From Desulfobacterales bacterium (GTDB lineage: Bacteria > Desulfobacterota > Desulfobacteria > Desulfobacterales > UBA5616): a stretch of DNA of 18,619 nt. The notes beneath the pieces are model-generated. The model was not told the origin of the DNA. It ran no database searches and saw nothing but the letters and a program-made list of their open reading frames with translations. Positions 8,513 through 17,564 of the stretch are shown in pieces. The translations under genes were made by a program, and so were the position numbers. Position 1 is the stretch's first letter. Each line of letters starts with the position of its first letter. The stretch spans positions 1 to 18,619 of the forward strand of contig JAWODC010000033.1 of assembly GCA_046483495.1 (NCBI GenBank), written 5' to 3'.

Positions 8513-9532
8513 ATGGCTGTTTTAGTCACGGGCGGAGCCGGATTCATCGGAAGCCATGCGTGCCTCTGCCTTCTCGAGGCGGGCTGCGAGGTGGTCGTCG
8601 TGGATAATCTTTCCAACAGCAAAAAACAATCCATTCGCCGGGTTTCGGAATGTACGGGGAAACCGATTGGGTTTTATGAAGCGGATCTTCGTGACACTTC
8701 AGGGATGACGGCGGTATTCCGGGAAAACAAAATCGATACCGTTCTTCATTTCGCCGGATTTAAAGCTGTCGGCGAATCCGTTGAATTTCCTATGAAATAT
8801 TATGAAAACAATATTAGCGGCACCCTTGCCCTATGCGAGGTGATGGCGGCGCACGGGGTGCACGACCTGGTTTTCAGTTCATCCGCCACCGTATACGGTG
8901 ATCCGCCGAAGGTGCCGATAATCGAGGATTTTCCTTTGGCTCCAACCAATCCTTACGGCCGTTCGAAACGGTTCATCGAACAAATCCTTGAGGATATTCA
9001 TCTGTCCGACAACTCGTGGAATATTGCTTTATTGCGGTACTTCAATCCCGTGGGTGCTCATCCCAGCGGCTGTATCGGTGAGGATCCGAACGGCATACCC
9101 AACAATTTAATGCCGTTTATCTGCCAGGTGGCGGCCGGAAAACGGGAAAAGCTGTTTGTGTTCGGTGATGATTATCCTACTCCCGATGGAACCGGCATTC
9201 GCGACTATATTCATGTAATGGATCTTGCAAAGGGTCACCTCCAGGCGATTGAAAAACTGGGTGAACATCCGGGCGTAGTAACGTTTAACCTGGGGACCGG
9301 AAAGGGATACAGCGTGCTGGATGTCGTCCGGGCCTTCGAGAAGGCATCCGGGAAGGAACTGCCCTACCAGGTGGTGAAACGGCGGCCCGGCGATATCGCC
9401 GTATGCTATACGGACCCGACAAAAGCCGGGCGGGAGCTTGGGTGGCGGGCCGAACTGGGAATCGATGACATGTGCCGTGATGCATGGCGCTGGCAGGCGG
9501 CAAATCCGAATGGATATGATAATGGCGATTGA
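8513..9532 (+). CDS. galE: UDP-glucose 4-epimerase
   Basis: Motifs VLVTGGAGFIGSH, HFAGFKAVGESV, FSSSATVYG, NPYGRSK (YxxxK), LRYFNPVGAHPSG, GIPNNLMP and DGTGIRDYIHV. ATG 8513 follows AAAGGA; the track's 8408 start is an unlikely extension. Confidence 0.96.
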   Translation: MAVLVTGGAGFIGSHACLCLLEAGCEVVVVDNLSNSKKQSIRRVSECTGKPIGFYEADLRDTSGMTAVFRENKIDTVLHFAGFKAVGESVEFPMKYYENNISGTLALCEVMAAHGVHDLVFSSSATVYGDPPKVPIIEDFPLAPTNPYGRSKRFIEQILEDIHLSDNSWNIALLRYFNPVGAHPSGCIGEDPNGIPNNLMPFICQVAAGKREKLFVFGDDYPTPDGTGIRDYIHVMDLAKGHLQAIEKLGEHPGVVTFNLGTGKGYSVLDVVRAFEKASGKELPYQVVKRRPGDIAVCYTDPTKAGRELGWRAELGIDDMCRDAWRWQAANPNGYDNGD

Positions 9533-9652
9533 AATTGACTGTTCAATCCCGATCGGGTAATGATCGAAAACATCCATCTCGGAGTAACCGTGCTGCAGAC
9601 GATCGAACGGGGTGAATGCTTTCGAAATTGAACGGACCAATGAATTCCGGCG

Positions 9653-10726
9653 ATGATGAACAACTCCGATAAAATATATGTCGCAGGCCACAGGGGACTG
9701 GTTGGGTCCGCCGTTTGCAGGAAACTGGCATCCGATGGTTTTAAACATGTATTGACCGCCGATCATTCCGAACTGGATTTGACCCAAACGGTCGCGGTGG
9801 ACGCCTTTTTTGAAAGGCAAAAACCGGACCATGTCGTACTTGCCGCCGCAAAGGTGGGGGGAATCCATGCCAATGACGCTTATCCCGCTGAATTTATCCG
9901 GGACAATATCATGATCCAGACAAACGTCATCGATTCGGCATACCGAAACGGCGTAAAAAAATTACTGTTTTTGGGTTCTTCATGCATTTATCCCAAGATG
10001 GCGCCCCAACCCATGCGGGAACAATACCTGCTCACCGGTCCGCTTGAACCGACGAACGAATGGTATGCCGTAGCTAAAATTTCAGGCATCAAAATGGGCC
10101 AGGCATATCGGCGCCAGTACGGGTTCAATGTGGTCAGTGGCATGCCGACCAACCTTTACGGCCCTTGTGATCACTTCGATCTGATGAACAGTCATGTGCT
10201 GCCGGCACTGATCAGAAAATTTCATTTGGCAAAACTGGCCGAGCAGGGGGATTGGGGAAGAATCGCCGCCGATGAAAAACGGTTCGGCAAAATTCCGGGT
10301 GATATCTTCGCATCGTTAAAAGCCATCAGCGCGGCCAATGGGCATGCACCGCCGGGGAACTCGGCTGTTTTTTCAGAGCCGTCCGTCGTTTTATGGGGAA
10401 GTGGAACCCCCAGACGGGAGTTTCTTCATGTGGATGATCTCGCTGATGCCGTTTTGTTCGTTATGAACAGGTATAACGACGATGAGATTCTCAATATCGG
10501 AACCGGAAAGGATTGCACGATAAGGGAATTGGCCGGAATGGTGAATGAGGTGGTCGGGTTCCGGGGCGGTGTCAGCTTTGATGCATCGAAGCCGGACGGA
10601 ACCCCCCAAAAACGCCTTGACATCTCCCGAATATCATCATTGGGATGGCAGCCCTCCATTGAATTGAATCGGGGTATTGCATTGACTTATGACTGGTATT
10701 TGAAAGAGACATCCGGTGAGGGGTAA
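9653..10726 (+). CDS. fcl: GDP-L-fucose synthase (with ~45-aa insertion)
   Basis: Motifs [82 protein letters not shown] and KPDGTP. Confidence 0.94.
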   Translation: MMNNSDKIYVAGHRGLVGSAVCRKLASDGFKHVLTADHSELDLTQTVAVDAFFERQKPDHVVLAAAKVGGIHANDAYPAEFIRDNIMIQTNVIDSAYRNGVKKLLFLGSSCIYPKMAPQPMREQYLLTGPLEPTNEWYAVAKISGIKMGQAYRRQYGFNVVSGMPTNLYGPCDHFDLMNSHVLPALIRKFHLAKLAEQGDWGRIAADEKRFGKIPGDIFASLKAISAANGHAPPGNSAVFSEPSVVLWGSGTPRREFLHVDDLADAVLFVMNRYNDDEILNIGTGKDCTIRELAGMVNEVVGFRGGVSFDASKPDGTPQKRLDISRISSLGWQPSIELNRGIALTYDWYLKETSGEG

Positions 10727-10734
10727 CATAAGGG

Positions 10735-11343
10735 ATGAATAAAGAAAAAACATTTTTTCCGTTTCAGTCCAATATACTGTGTTCCGACAGGAATATTTTA
10801 AACGGCCACCGCAGTGCACTTATTTGGTTCACCGGGCTTTCAGGGAGCGGAAAATCCACATTGGCGCACACTTTGGAAGACCGTCTTTACCGTATGGGCG
10901 TTCGAAGTTATGTGCTGGACGGTGACAATATCCGTTACGGACTGAACAAAGATCTGGGACTTTCACCGGAAGACAGAAAAGAAAACATCCGCCGAATCGC
11001 AGAAGTCGCCAAATTGATGGTGGATGCCGGAATCCTGACATTTGCCGCGTTTATCGCCCCTTACCGGGAAAGCCGGGACTTCATCCGCAAAGTGATGGAA
11101 AATGTCCCGTATTTTGAGTGTTACGTGAAGTGTTCTCTGGATGTATGCGAAGCCAGGGACCCGAAAAAGCTGTATAGACGGGCTCGGGCCGGCGAAATCG
11201 CTGATATGACCGGCATATCGGCCCCCTATGAAGCGCCCGATAATCCGGACCTGCTGATTGAAACGGATCGGTTTTTGCTGGATGAATGTGTCGATCAGGC
11301 AATTCGCTTTCTAATCGACCAAAAAATCGTGGTTTACCGGTAA
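10735..11343 (+). CDS. cysC: Adenylyl-sulfate (APS) kinase
   Basis: P-loop IWFTGLSGSGKSTLA, plus LDGDNIR, DRKENIRRIAEVAKL, FIAPY, RDPKKLY and TGISAPYEAP. Begins 8 nt after the fcl stop. Confidence 0.95.
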   Translation: MNKEKTFFPFQSNILCSDRNILNGHRSALIWFTGLSGSGKSTLAHTLEDRLYRMGVRSYVLDGDNIRYGLNKDLGLSPEDRKENIRRIAEVAKLMVDAGILTFAAFIAPYRESRDFIRKVMENVPYFECYVKCSLDVCEARDPKKLYRRARAGEIADMTGISAPYEAPDNPDLLIETDRFLLDECVDQAIRFLIDQKIVVYR

Positions 11344-12001
11344 AAAAAACCTTCCAACGTCATGGTTGACGATCGGAAACGCCGGTCTTGCAGTATTTTC
11401 TTTTGATCGCGCAGGTTTTCGTTTTTCACTTAATCCTCGACCTTCCGCATCCTGCCGAAGTCCAACCCGGTTATTCATGCTAATTTTTAGCAATAATACA
11501 AAAATGTTAGATTTCTCATTTTTCGAATGATGTTTTTTGTTTAAGATTTCAGAATTACATTTTTGGTTGACGGATGGAGAATTTTACACTATGAAACCCG
11601 TGAAAAGATGAGTGTGATTTGGTTATTACCCGGCAATACCGACAACATCCTGTATTCCTTATCTAAATGGGTTTAGCAGATATGTTGTATCGGAATTGCG
11701 AAACCCAAACCCTTCAGTATTTACACACATACACCCTGCGCCGTAATCGCCCTGCCTTTATCGCTCAGGGCTGGTTAAAGATCCTGCCGGTTCGATCAGG
11801 TGCGAACTTTGACATGGGGTTGCACCGGTTCAACGGCTCGATAACGTTTTCGAAATGAAATAGAAGCGGTTATGACCTGCAGAATCAGACGCCGATGCGG
11901 CTGTCGATCATTTCGAGCACGTTGAGATGATCATCCAACCATCTTGATTGTCTTGCCGGCATAAACCGCTTGTAGAACCTACTAATGTCGAGGAGAATAA
12001 A

Positions 12002-12466
12002 ATGATGAAACGGGAAAAGCGCAATCTGAATATGGTCGCCTCCATGGCGATTATCCTGGGGGTGGTATTGGCGGTATGCATCCCCGAGACAGCGGCATTG
12101 AATGACGATTGGACGCAGCAGGTGACGGAGATGGCTCTTGCCGGAAACGTCGAGGGAATTGCGGATCTGGCTGCTGAATTTCCCGAAAGTATCATGGAAA
12201 TTCTGAACGTGGCGCTGAAAAGCCTGAATACGGATGATGACGGCTGTGCCGCGCTTGCAGGAACGCTTGCCGGCATCGTTCCGGACAAGGCCGAAGAAAT
12301 CGCTGCAGCCGTGGCAGGAGCGGGGGCTTGTGCCGGGGCCGAGGAGCAGGTCTACCGTGCGGTGACCGGAAGTCTGAGGCAAAGCGCGGCCGGCGTTTCT
12401 GCACCGGGAGATCCCGCCCTTCGAGACGGCACCCCCCCGACAGTAGAAGGGGCCTATACGCAGTAG
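12002..12466 (+). CDS. Small secreted acidic Ala-rich protein with helical repeats and Pro-rich C-tail; first gene of the export operon
   Basis: GAGGAG RBS before ATG 12002/12005. Basic n-region (KREKR), hydrophobic h-region and TAA-like cleavage site. Two LAxxxP[ED]xxxEI repeats; C-terminal APGDPALRDGTPPT. Confidence 0.8.
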   Translation: MMKREKRNLNMVASMAIILGVVLAVCIPETAALNDDWTQQVTEMALAGNVEGIADLAAEFPESIMEILNVALKSLNTDDDGCAALAGTLAGIVPDKAEEIAAAVAGAGACAGAEEQVYRAVTGSLRQSAAGVSAPGDPALRDGTPPTVEGAYTQ

Positions 12467-12546
12467 TGCCTGCGTTTGACTTCCTCTATCTTGGAGCAAT
12501 CACCGATGGATAAGGTTATCCGAAAAGGCCATACGAGGTTTAAAAA

Positions 12547-13815
12547 ATGAATCTGAAAAAGGACAGGATTGCGGGTGTTTTCACGGCAGTATTGGTATGG
12601 GTGCTGATGGGGGCTTTGCATGCGCCGGCCGAGGCTCAACATGACGGGCTGCGTTTCGGAAAGTTCGATATTGACGCGGGACTCACAATGAAGGGCGAAT
12701 ACAACGACAATGTCTTTTATGACCATGAAGATGAGAAGGATGATTTTATTTTCATCGTAACGCCGGCGATCGGGGTGGATTATACGATGTCCCCTGGAAA
12801 TTATCTGAATATGGGATATGCCGTGGATCTTGCCGCTTACATAGATTACACGGACAACAATTATGACCGGCACAACCCGTTTGTCAATTTGGAACTGAGC
12901 AGCCCGACGGGCGTGTATCTGAAGCTCACCGACAGCTTAGTCCATACCGATGACCCTTATGGGTCGTTGAACGAATACCGCCTGGGAAGATCCACCGAGC
13001 GCTGGAATAACACCCTGTATGCGGCAGCAGGATACACGTTTGCACAGAAATACGGAATAGAATTGAGCTACGATGGATTCGTTCAGCGATATGACGAAAC
13101 GATCGATGAATGGCAGGACGTGGATGACAATGCCTACGGCGTTGCGCTTTACTATCAATTCTCTCCAAAAACACGGGTATTCGGCCAATATCAATACCGT
13201 GAGGTCGAATATCCGGAACAAAACGACGGTGCAAGTTTGATCTTCGGCCCGGACTACAACTCGCAGAACTCTCAGGACAATACGCAAAACCTTTTTTTTG
13301 TAGGTGCCGATTTCCGGCCCCTGGCCAAGATCAAGGGGCAGGTAAAATTGGGTTACGGTCGAATCGCGTATGACAACCGATTGGACAGGTTCGACAATCC
13401 CTACGAAGACGAAGACACCTGGGTCGCTGAAACACGTATCGGATACCAAATGCGGGAGCGGACCCGGATCGATTTCGTGCTGAACCGGTCTTTTAAATCG
13501 AGTTCCGATGAGGTCGATGAAGCCCCGGGATATTTCGACACGCTGGTAAGCGCGGGGGTGGTTCAGGACATGAAGCATCGCCTTCAGGGCTCTCTGTCCT
13601 TGGATTGGAACATCCTGGATTACCAGGAAGGCCCCGGACCGGAAAAATATTTCGACATTTACCGGGCGAATGTCGGCTTGAAATACATAATAAACGAATT
13701 TCTGGACACGGGTATTCTTTATCAGTTCAGGGACAAGGTGGCATCCCGCAGTGCTTACGAGGATGACGAATACACCATCAACTCCATTGCCCTGGTGTTT
13801 TCAGCCGAATATTGA
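12547..13815 (+). CDS. Outer-membrane beta-barrel associated with polysaccharide export (BBP2/EpsX-like)
   Basis: Signal peptide ending AEA-Q. N-terminal EYNDNVFY...DDFIFIVTP motif typical of EPS-locus barrels. Alternating aromatic beta-strands and a C-terminal aromatic residue (SIALVFSAEY). Sits directly upstream of the OPX and Wzc genes. Confidence 0.85.
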   Translation: MNLKKDRIAGVFTAVLVWVLMGALHAPAEAQHDGLRFGKFDIDAGLTMKGEYNDNVFYDHEDEKDDFIFIVTPAIGVDYTMSPGNYLNMGYAVDLAAYIDYTDNNYDRHNPFVNLELSSPTGVYLKLTDSLVHTDDPYGSLNEYRLGRSTERWNNTLYAAAGYTFAQKYGIELSYDGFVQRYDETIDEWQDVDDNAYGVALYYQFSPKTRVFGQYQYREVEYPEQNDGASLIFGPDYNSQNSQDNTQNLFFVGADFRPLAKIKGQVKLGYGRIAYDNRLDRFDNPYEDEDTWVAETRIGYQMRERTRIDFVLNRSFKSSSDEVDEAPGYFDTLVSAGVVQDMKHRLQGSLSLDWNILDYQEGPGPEKYFDIYRANVGLKYIINEFLDTGILYQFRDKVASRSAYEDDEYTINSIALVFSAEY

Positions 13816-13919
13816 TTTGCCGGTGTTCAGTTTTTCTCGGGGTGCTTGCTTCATTTCGATGTAAACGTTTCATAACGATCGTGTCGTCATTGTGTCAGCG
13901 ATGCTGTTTAGAGGAATGC

Positions 13920-14999
13920 ATGCAGAATTTTCGGACTCGCGATAGGGCCGGGCGATCGGTGCCGGCCCTATCTTTTTGTTTGTTGCTGGGGCTTGTCCTT
14001 CTGGGCTGTGGCGGCACCGGTGAGGTGGTGAAGGTAAAAAGTGTCACCACGGATCCTTTTAAAGGCATAGGGGAGCAGGAACGCGCAAAACTCGCGGAGA
14101 TCAAGCAGATTCGCGAAACCAAGGAATCGGATTCGGGACTGAAAGATGTCATTCAATCCACACCGAATTTTACGGTAGCCGAGTACTTGCGCAAACACCC
14201 CGAATCCGCCGATGCGGTATTGAGTGATTATCGGGTAGGGGGATACGATATTCTCGATATTGTCGTATATGAAGAGCCGGATCTCACGCGGAGCAATGTC
14301 CGCGTAAGCGGGGACGGGTACATTTCATTCCCCCTGATCGGACGCCTTCTGGTGGAAAACCTCACCACTTCCGAGATCGAGGAGCGGATTTCACATAAAT
14401 TGGCCGAGGGTCAGTTTATGCTCGATGCCCATGTTTCCGTCACGGTAGTGGATTACAAGAGCCGGAAATACATGGTGCTGGGTGCGGTCAAAATCCCCGG
14501 AACGTATCCGCTTAAGGCCAGGGAACGGCTGCTGGATGCCGTCTCCCGGGCCGGAGGTGTCGATTTCGAACAGGGCGGGAACCAAGCCATGGTGATTCGC
14601 ACATTGAATCCCGAAACCTCGGATGCTGAAAAAGTGGTGATTCGCGTCGATTTGCCCGCGTTGCTCAAAGGCGGGGACCAGGTTTCGAACCTGCCGTTGG
14701 CGGACAATGATCTGCTGTACATTCCCAAGGCGCAGAATTTTTATATCATCGGGCAGGTAAACGCTCCCGGCTCCTACCCATACATGCAAAGAAACATCAC
14801 GATTGTTGAAGCGATCAGCAAGGCCGGGGGCTTTACGCCGATTGCCGCACGAAACCGAACCCGCATTATACGGATGGAAAGCGGCGAGGAAAAAATCATC
14901 GAAATCCGCGTCGATGAAATCACCGATGCCGGCAAAAAGGGACAGGATGTCGCCGTGCTGCCCGGTGACGTCATCGTCGTTCCGGAGAGTTTTTTTTAA
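13920..14999 (+). CDS. wza: OPX-family polysaccharide export lipoprotein (Poly_export + SLBB domains), lacking the C-terminal outer-membrane helix
   Basis: GAGGA RBS and ATG 13920; lipobox LLGC. PES domain DYRVGGYDILDIVVYEEPDL...VSGDGYISFPLIG. SLBB repeats VLGAVKIPG and IIGQVNAPG. Ends at VLPGDVIVVPESFF. Confidence 0.92.
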   Translation: MQNFRTRDRAGRSVPALSFCLLLGLVLLGCGGTGEVVKVKSVTTDPFKGIGEQERAKLAEIKQIRETKESDSGLKDVIQSTPNFTVAEYLRKHPESADAVLSDYRVGGYDILDIVVYEEPDLTRSNVRVSGDGYISFPLIGRLLVENLTTSEIEERISHKLAEGQFMLDAHVSVTVVDYKSRKYMVLGAVKIPGTYPLKARERLLDAVSRAGGVDFEQGGNQAMVIRTLNPETSDAEKVVIRVDLPALLKGGDQVSNLPLADNDLLYIPKAQNFYIIGQVNAPGSYPYMQRNITIVEAISKAGGFTPIAARNRTRIIRMESGEEKIIEIRVDEITDAGKKGQDVAVLPGDVIVVPESFF

Positions 15000-15045
15000 A
15001 ACAGGTCCCATTTGATGCAAAACCCCTAACCCGCATTTTATATTT

Positions 15046-17352
15046 ATGACTGACCGACTGGACATGCAAAAAGAATACCCGAGTGAAGAGACGATCGACC
15101 TGCGGGATTATATGAGAATCATCCTGAAGCGCAGGTGGACGGTAATCGCTTTTTTTGCCGTGGTTGTTTTTACGGTGGCGGTTTACACGTTTTCGGCGAC
15201 CCCGATTTTTCAGGCGACATCCCGAATCGTCATCGAAAAGGAAAACCCGAACCTTGTCTCCATTCAAGAAGTAATGGCGGTGGATGCCACAGGCACGGAC
15301 TACTATCAGACCCAGTACAAAATCATCGAAAGCCGCAATGTGGCCCGGGAGGTGATTCGCCGGCTCGATCTGGAAAACAGCCCGGAGTTTTTCCCGGAAC
15401 CCAAAAAGCATTTTATCGCAGATATAAAACGGTCTCTCTCGGAAACGGTTTCCCAGGCCAGGGGATGGATTGCCTCACTGGTTCGGTCTGATGATGCGCC
15501 TTCCGCGAAAGAAAAAACCGGTGAAAACGCCGGTGAGGCCGCTCTGGTATCCGCCTTTCTCAGCCGTGTCAGCGTCAACCCTATTCGGAACAGTCGGCTT
15601 GTGGATGTGAGTGTGGAGGCAAAGAATCCGATAATGGCCGCCGAAATGGCCAATGCCCTTGTGAGCAGCTATATCAGCCGGAACCTTGAAACAAAGCTGG
15701 AGGCTACCAAGGATGCGGTGAAATGGCTGTCCGAAAGGATCGCCGAAGAGCGGAAAAAAGTGGAGGATGCGGAACGGGCTCTTTTGCAGTATAAGCAGAC
15801 CAATGAAATCATCACGGATTTTTCCAGCGACGCCGAGAAAATAACCGCAGAAAAGCTGGCTTCGCTGAACCAGCAGGTGGTGGATGCCGAATCCCTTCGG
15901 GTTGAAGCGGAAACCCGGTATCTTCAGGCTCTGTCGCTGGAAAACACACCGAATATGATCGATTCCATTCCGGAGGTGCTCAGCAATGATATCATCAAAG
16001 AAATAAAGAAGATGGAGGTCGCCCTGTACAACCGGATGTCCGAATTGTCGAAAAAATACGGCAAGAACCACCCGGCCATGGTGGCCATCGAGTCGGAGCT
16101 GGCTGATTTGCGCAAGCGAAAGGCTGCGGAGGCCCGGCAGGTGATCAATTCCCTGAAAAACGAATATAAGCTCGCCCTGGCCAGAGAGGAGAGTTTGAAA
16201 AAAGCGCTGGAGGGGCAAAAGGCCGAAACCCTGGAGATGAACGAAAAGGCCATTCAGTTCGGGGTGCTGCAGCGCCAGGCCGAAAGCGCACGAAATATGT
16301 ATGAACTGCTCGTCAAGCGGTTCAAGGAAACGTCATTAACCGAAGAAATGAAAACCGGAAACATCCGTGTTATCGACAAAGCGGAGGTCCCGCGGGGCCC
16401 GATCAAGCCGAAGAAAAAATTAAACATTCTGCTGGCCGTGGTGATCGGACTGGCCGGCGGCGTAGGTTTGGCTTTTTTCCTGGAGTACCTGGATAACACC
16501 ATCAAATTTCCCGATGAAATCAAGCAGTTTCTTCAGATCCCCTATTTAGGGCATATTCCCGCCTACCTGATGAGCCGCAGCGGAGGGGGCCCGACACCTG
16601 AAAAAGATCTGGTGGTGCTTGACGCACCAAAATCCTCGGTGGCCGAGTCATTCAGAGGCATTCGAACGGGCATCATTTTGTCTTCGCCGGATACCGCCCC
16701 AAAAGTCCTCATGGTGACCAGCGCCGGTCCGACAGAAGGGAAAACGTTTACAGCGGCCAACCTGGCGGTGGTTATGGCCGGCGCCGGATCACGGGTTTTG
16801 CTGATGGATTGCGATATGCGGCGGCCCCGGTTGCACAAAGTGTTTGACATTCAACGGAACACGGGCATATCCGGCATTATCTCGGGTGGGTGCGACATAA
16901 AGGATGCCATTGTTGCCGGCAAGGTGGAAAACCTGGATATTCTGACCTCAGGTCCGCTGCCGCCCAATCCGGCGGAGCTTCTGGGCTCCAAAAAAATGGC
17001 CGAGCTCATGGCTGCTGTTAAGTCTGACTATGATCGGGTGATCATCGATACGCCGCCTGTTTCCGCGGTGACGGATTCCGTTGTGCTGTCTGCCATGGCC
17101 GATGCCGTAGCCCTGGTGGTGCGCACCAATGAAACGCCGCGTCAGCTTGTCAAAAATGGTGTGGAGCAACTGAAGTCGGTCAATGCCAATATCATCGGCG
17201 CGGTGTTAAACGGCGTCAATCCGGGTCGGGACAGCTATTATTATTATCAGTATTATTATTACTATTACGGGGATGGACCTAAACGCAAGCGGGGAGAAAA
17301 GAAACGGAAAACGCAGGAACAGGAGAATCACACTTCTTTTCCTGAAGCTTGA
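15046..17352 (+). CDS. wzc: Polysaccharide co-polymerase / BY-tyrosine kinase (Wzc/GumC type)
   Basis: N-terminal IDLRDY..IILKRRW with TM1 and a coiled-coil periplasmic region; P-rich PIKPKKKLN before TM2; ESFRGIRT; Walker A SAGPTEGKT, A' DCDMRRP and Walker B IIDTPP; Tyr cluster YYYYQYYYYYY. Start ATG 15046 or 15064. Confidence 0.95.
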   Translation: MTDRLDMQKEYPSEETIDLRDYMRIILKRRWTVIAFFAVVVFTVAVYTFSATPIFQATSRIVIEKENPNLVSIQEVMAVDATGTDYYQTQYKIIESRNVAREVIRRLDLENSPEFFPEPKKHFIADIKRSLSETVSQARGWIASLVRSDDAPSAKEKTGENAGEAALVSAFLSRVSVNPIRNSRLVDVSVEAKNPIMAAEMANALVSSYISRNLETKLEATKDAVKWLSERIAEERKKVEDAERALLQYKQTNEIITDFSSDAEKITAEKLASLNQQVVDAESLRVEAETRYLQALSLENTPNMIDSIPEVLSNDIIKEIKKMEVALYNRMSELSKKYGKNHPAMVAIESELADLRKRKAAEARQVINSLKNEYKLALAREESLKKALEGQKAETLEMNEKAIQFGVLQRQAESARNMYELLVKRFKETSLTEEMKTGNIRVIDKAEVPRGPIKPKKKLNILLAVVIGLAGGVGLAFFLEYLDNTIKFPDEIKQFLQIPYLGHIPAYLMSRSGGGPTPEKDLVVLDAPKSSVAESFRGIRTGIILSSPDTAPKVLMVTSAGPTEGKTFTAANLAVVMAGAGSRVLLMDCDMRRPRLHKVFDIQRNTGISGIISGGCDIKDAIVAGKVENLDILTSGPLPPNPAELLGSKKMAELMAAVKSDYDRVIIDTPPVSAVTDSVVLSAMADAVALVVRTNETPRQLVKNGVEQLKSVNANIIGAVLNGVNPGRDSYYYYQYYYYYYGDGPKRKRGEKKRKTQEQENHTSFPEA

Positions 17353-17383
17353 TCATTATCGTAAGACAGAAAAAAAAGATGGA

Positions 17384-17420
17384 AAAAAGCGCATCTAAAA
17401 AAGGTGCGCTTTTTAATTTT
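17384..17420 (+). terminator. Intrinsic, possibly bidirectional, terminator after wzc
   Basis: Stem AAAAAGCGCATCT / AGGTGCGCTTTTT (one G-U pair) with an A-rich loop and trailing T-rich tract, about 30 nt after the wzc stop. Confidence 0.8.
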
Positions 17421-17564
17421 AATCAAAATGATATTAAAAAACCCATTGACATGGTTAATTCATTCGTGTAAGTATCGAAAAAAATAAAAAAACACTATAT
17501 ATGAAAAGACTTATATCAGCAGTTTTTAATAATTCGCCGGACGGTTTGTTCTGCAGAAAATTGT

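Noticed and set aside
9534..9547. ATTGACTGTTCAAT as an FNR/CRP box
   Set aside because: Only 4 nt between TTGA and TCAA, whereas FNR needs 6.
12068..12079. LAVC as a lipobox in the small secreted protein
   Set aside because: Val at -1 does not fit the [GAS]C consensus; signal peptidase I cleavage after TAA is more plausible.
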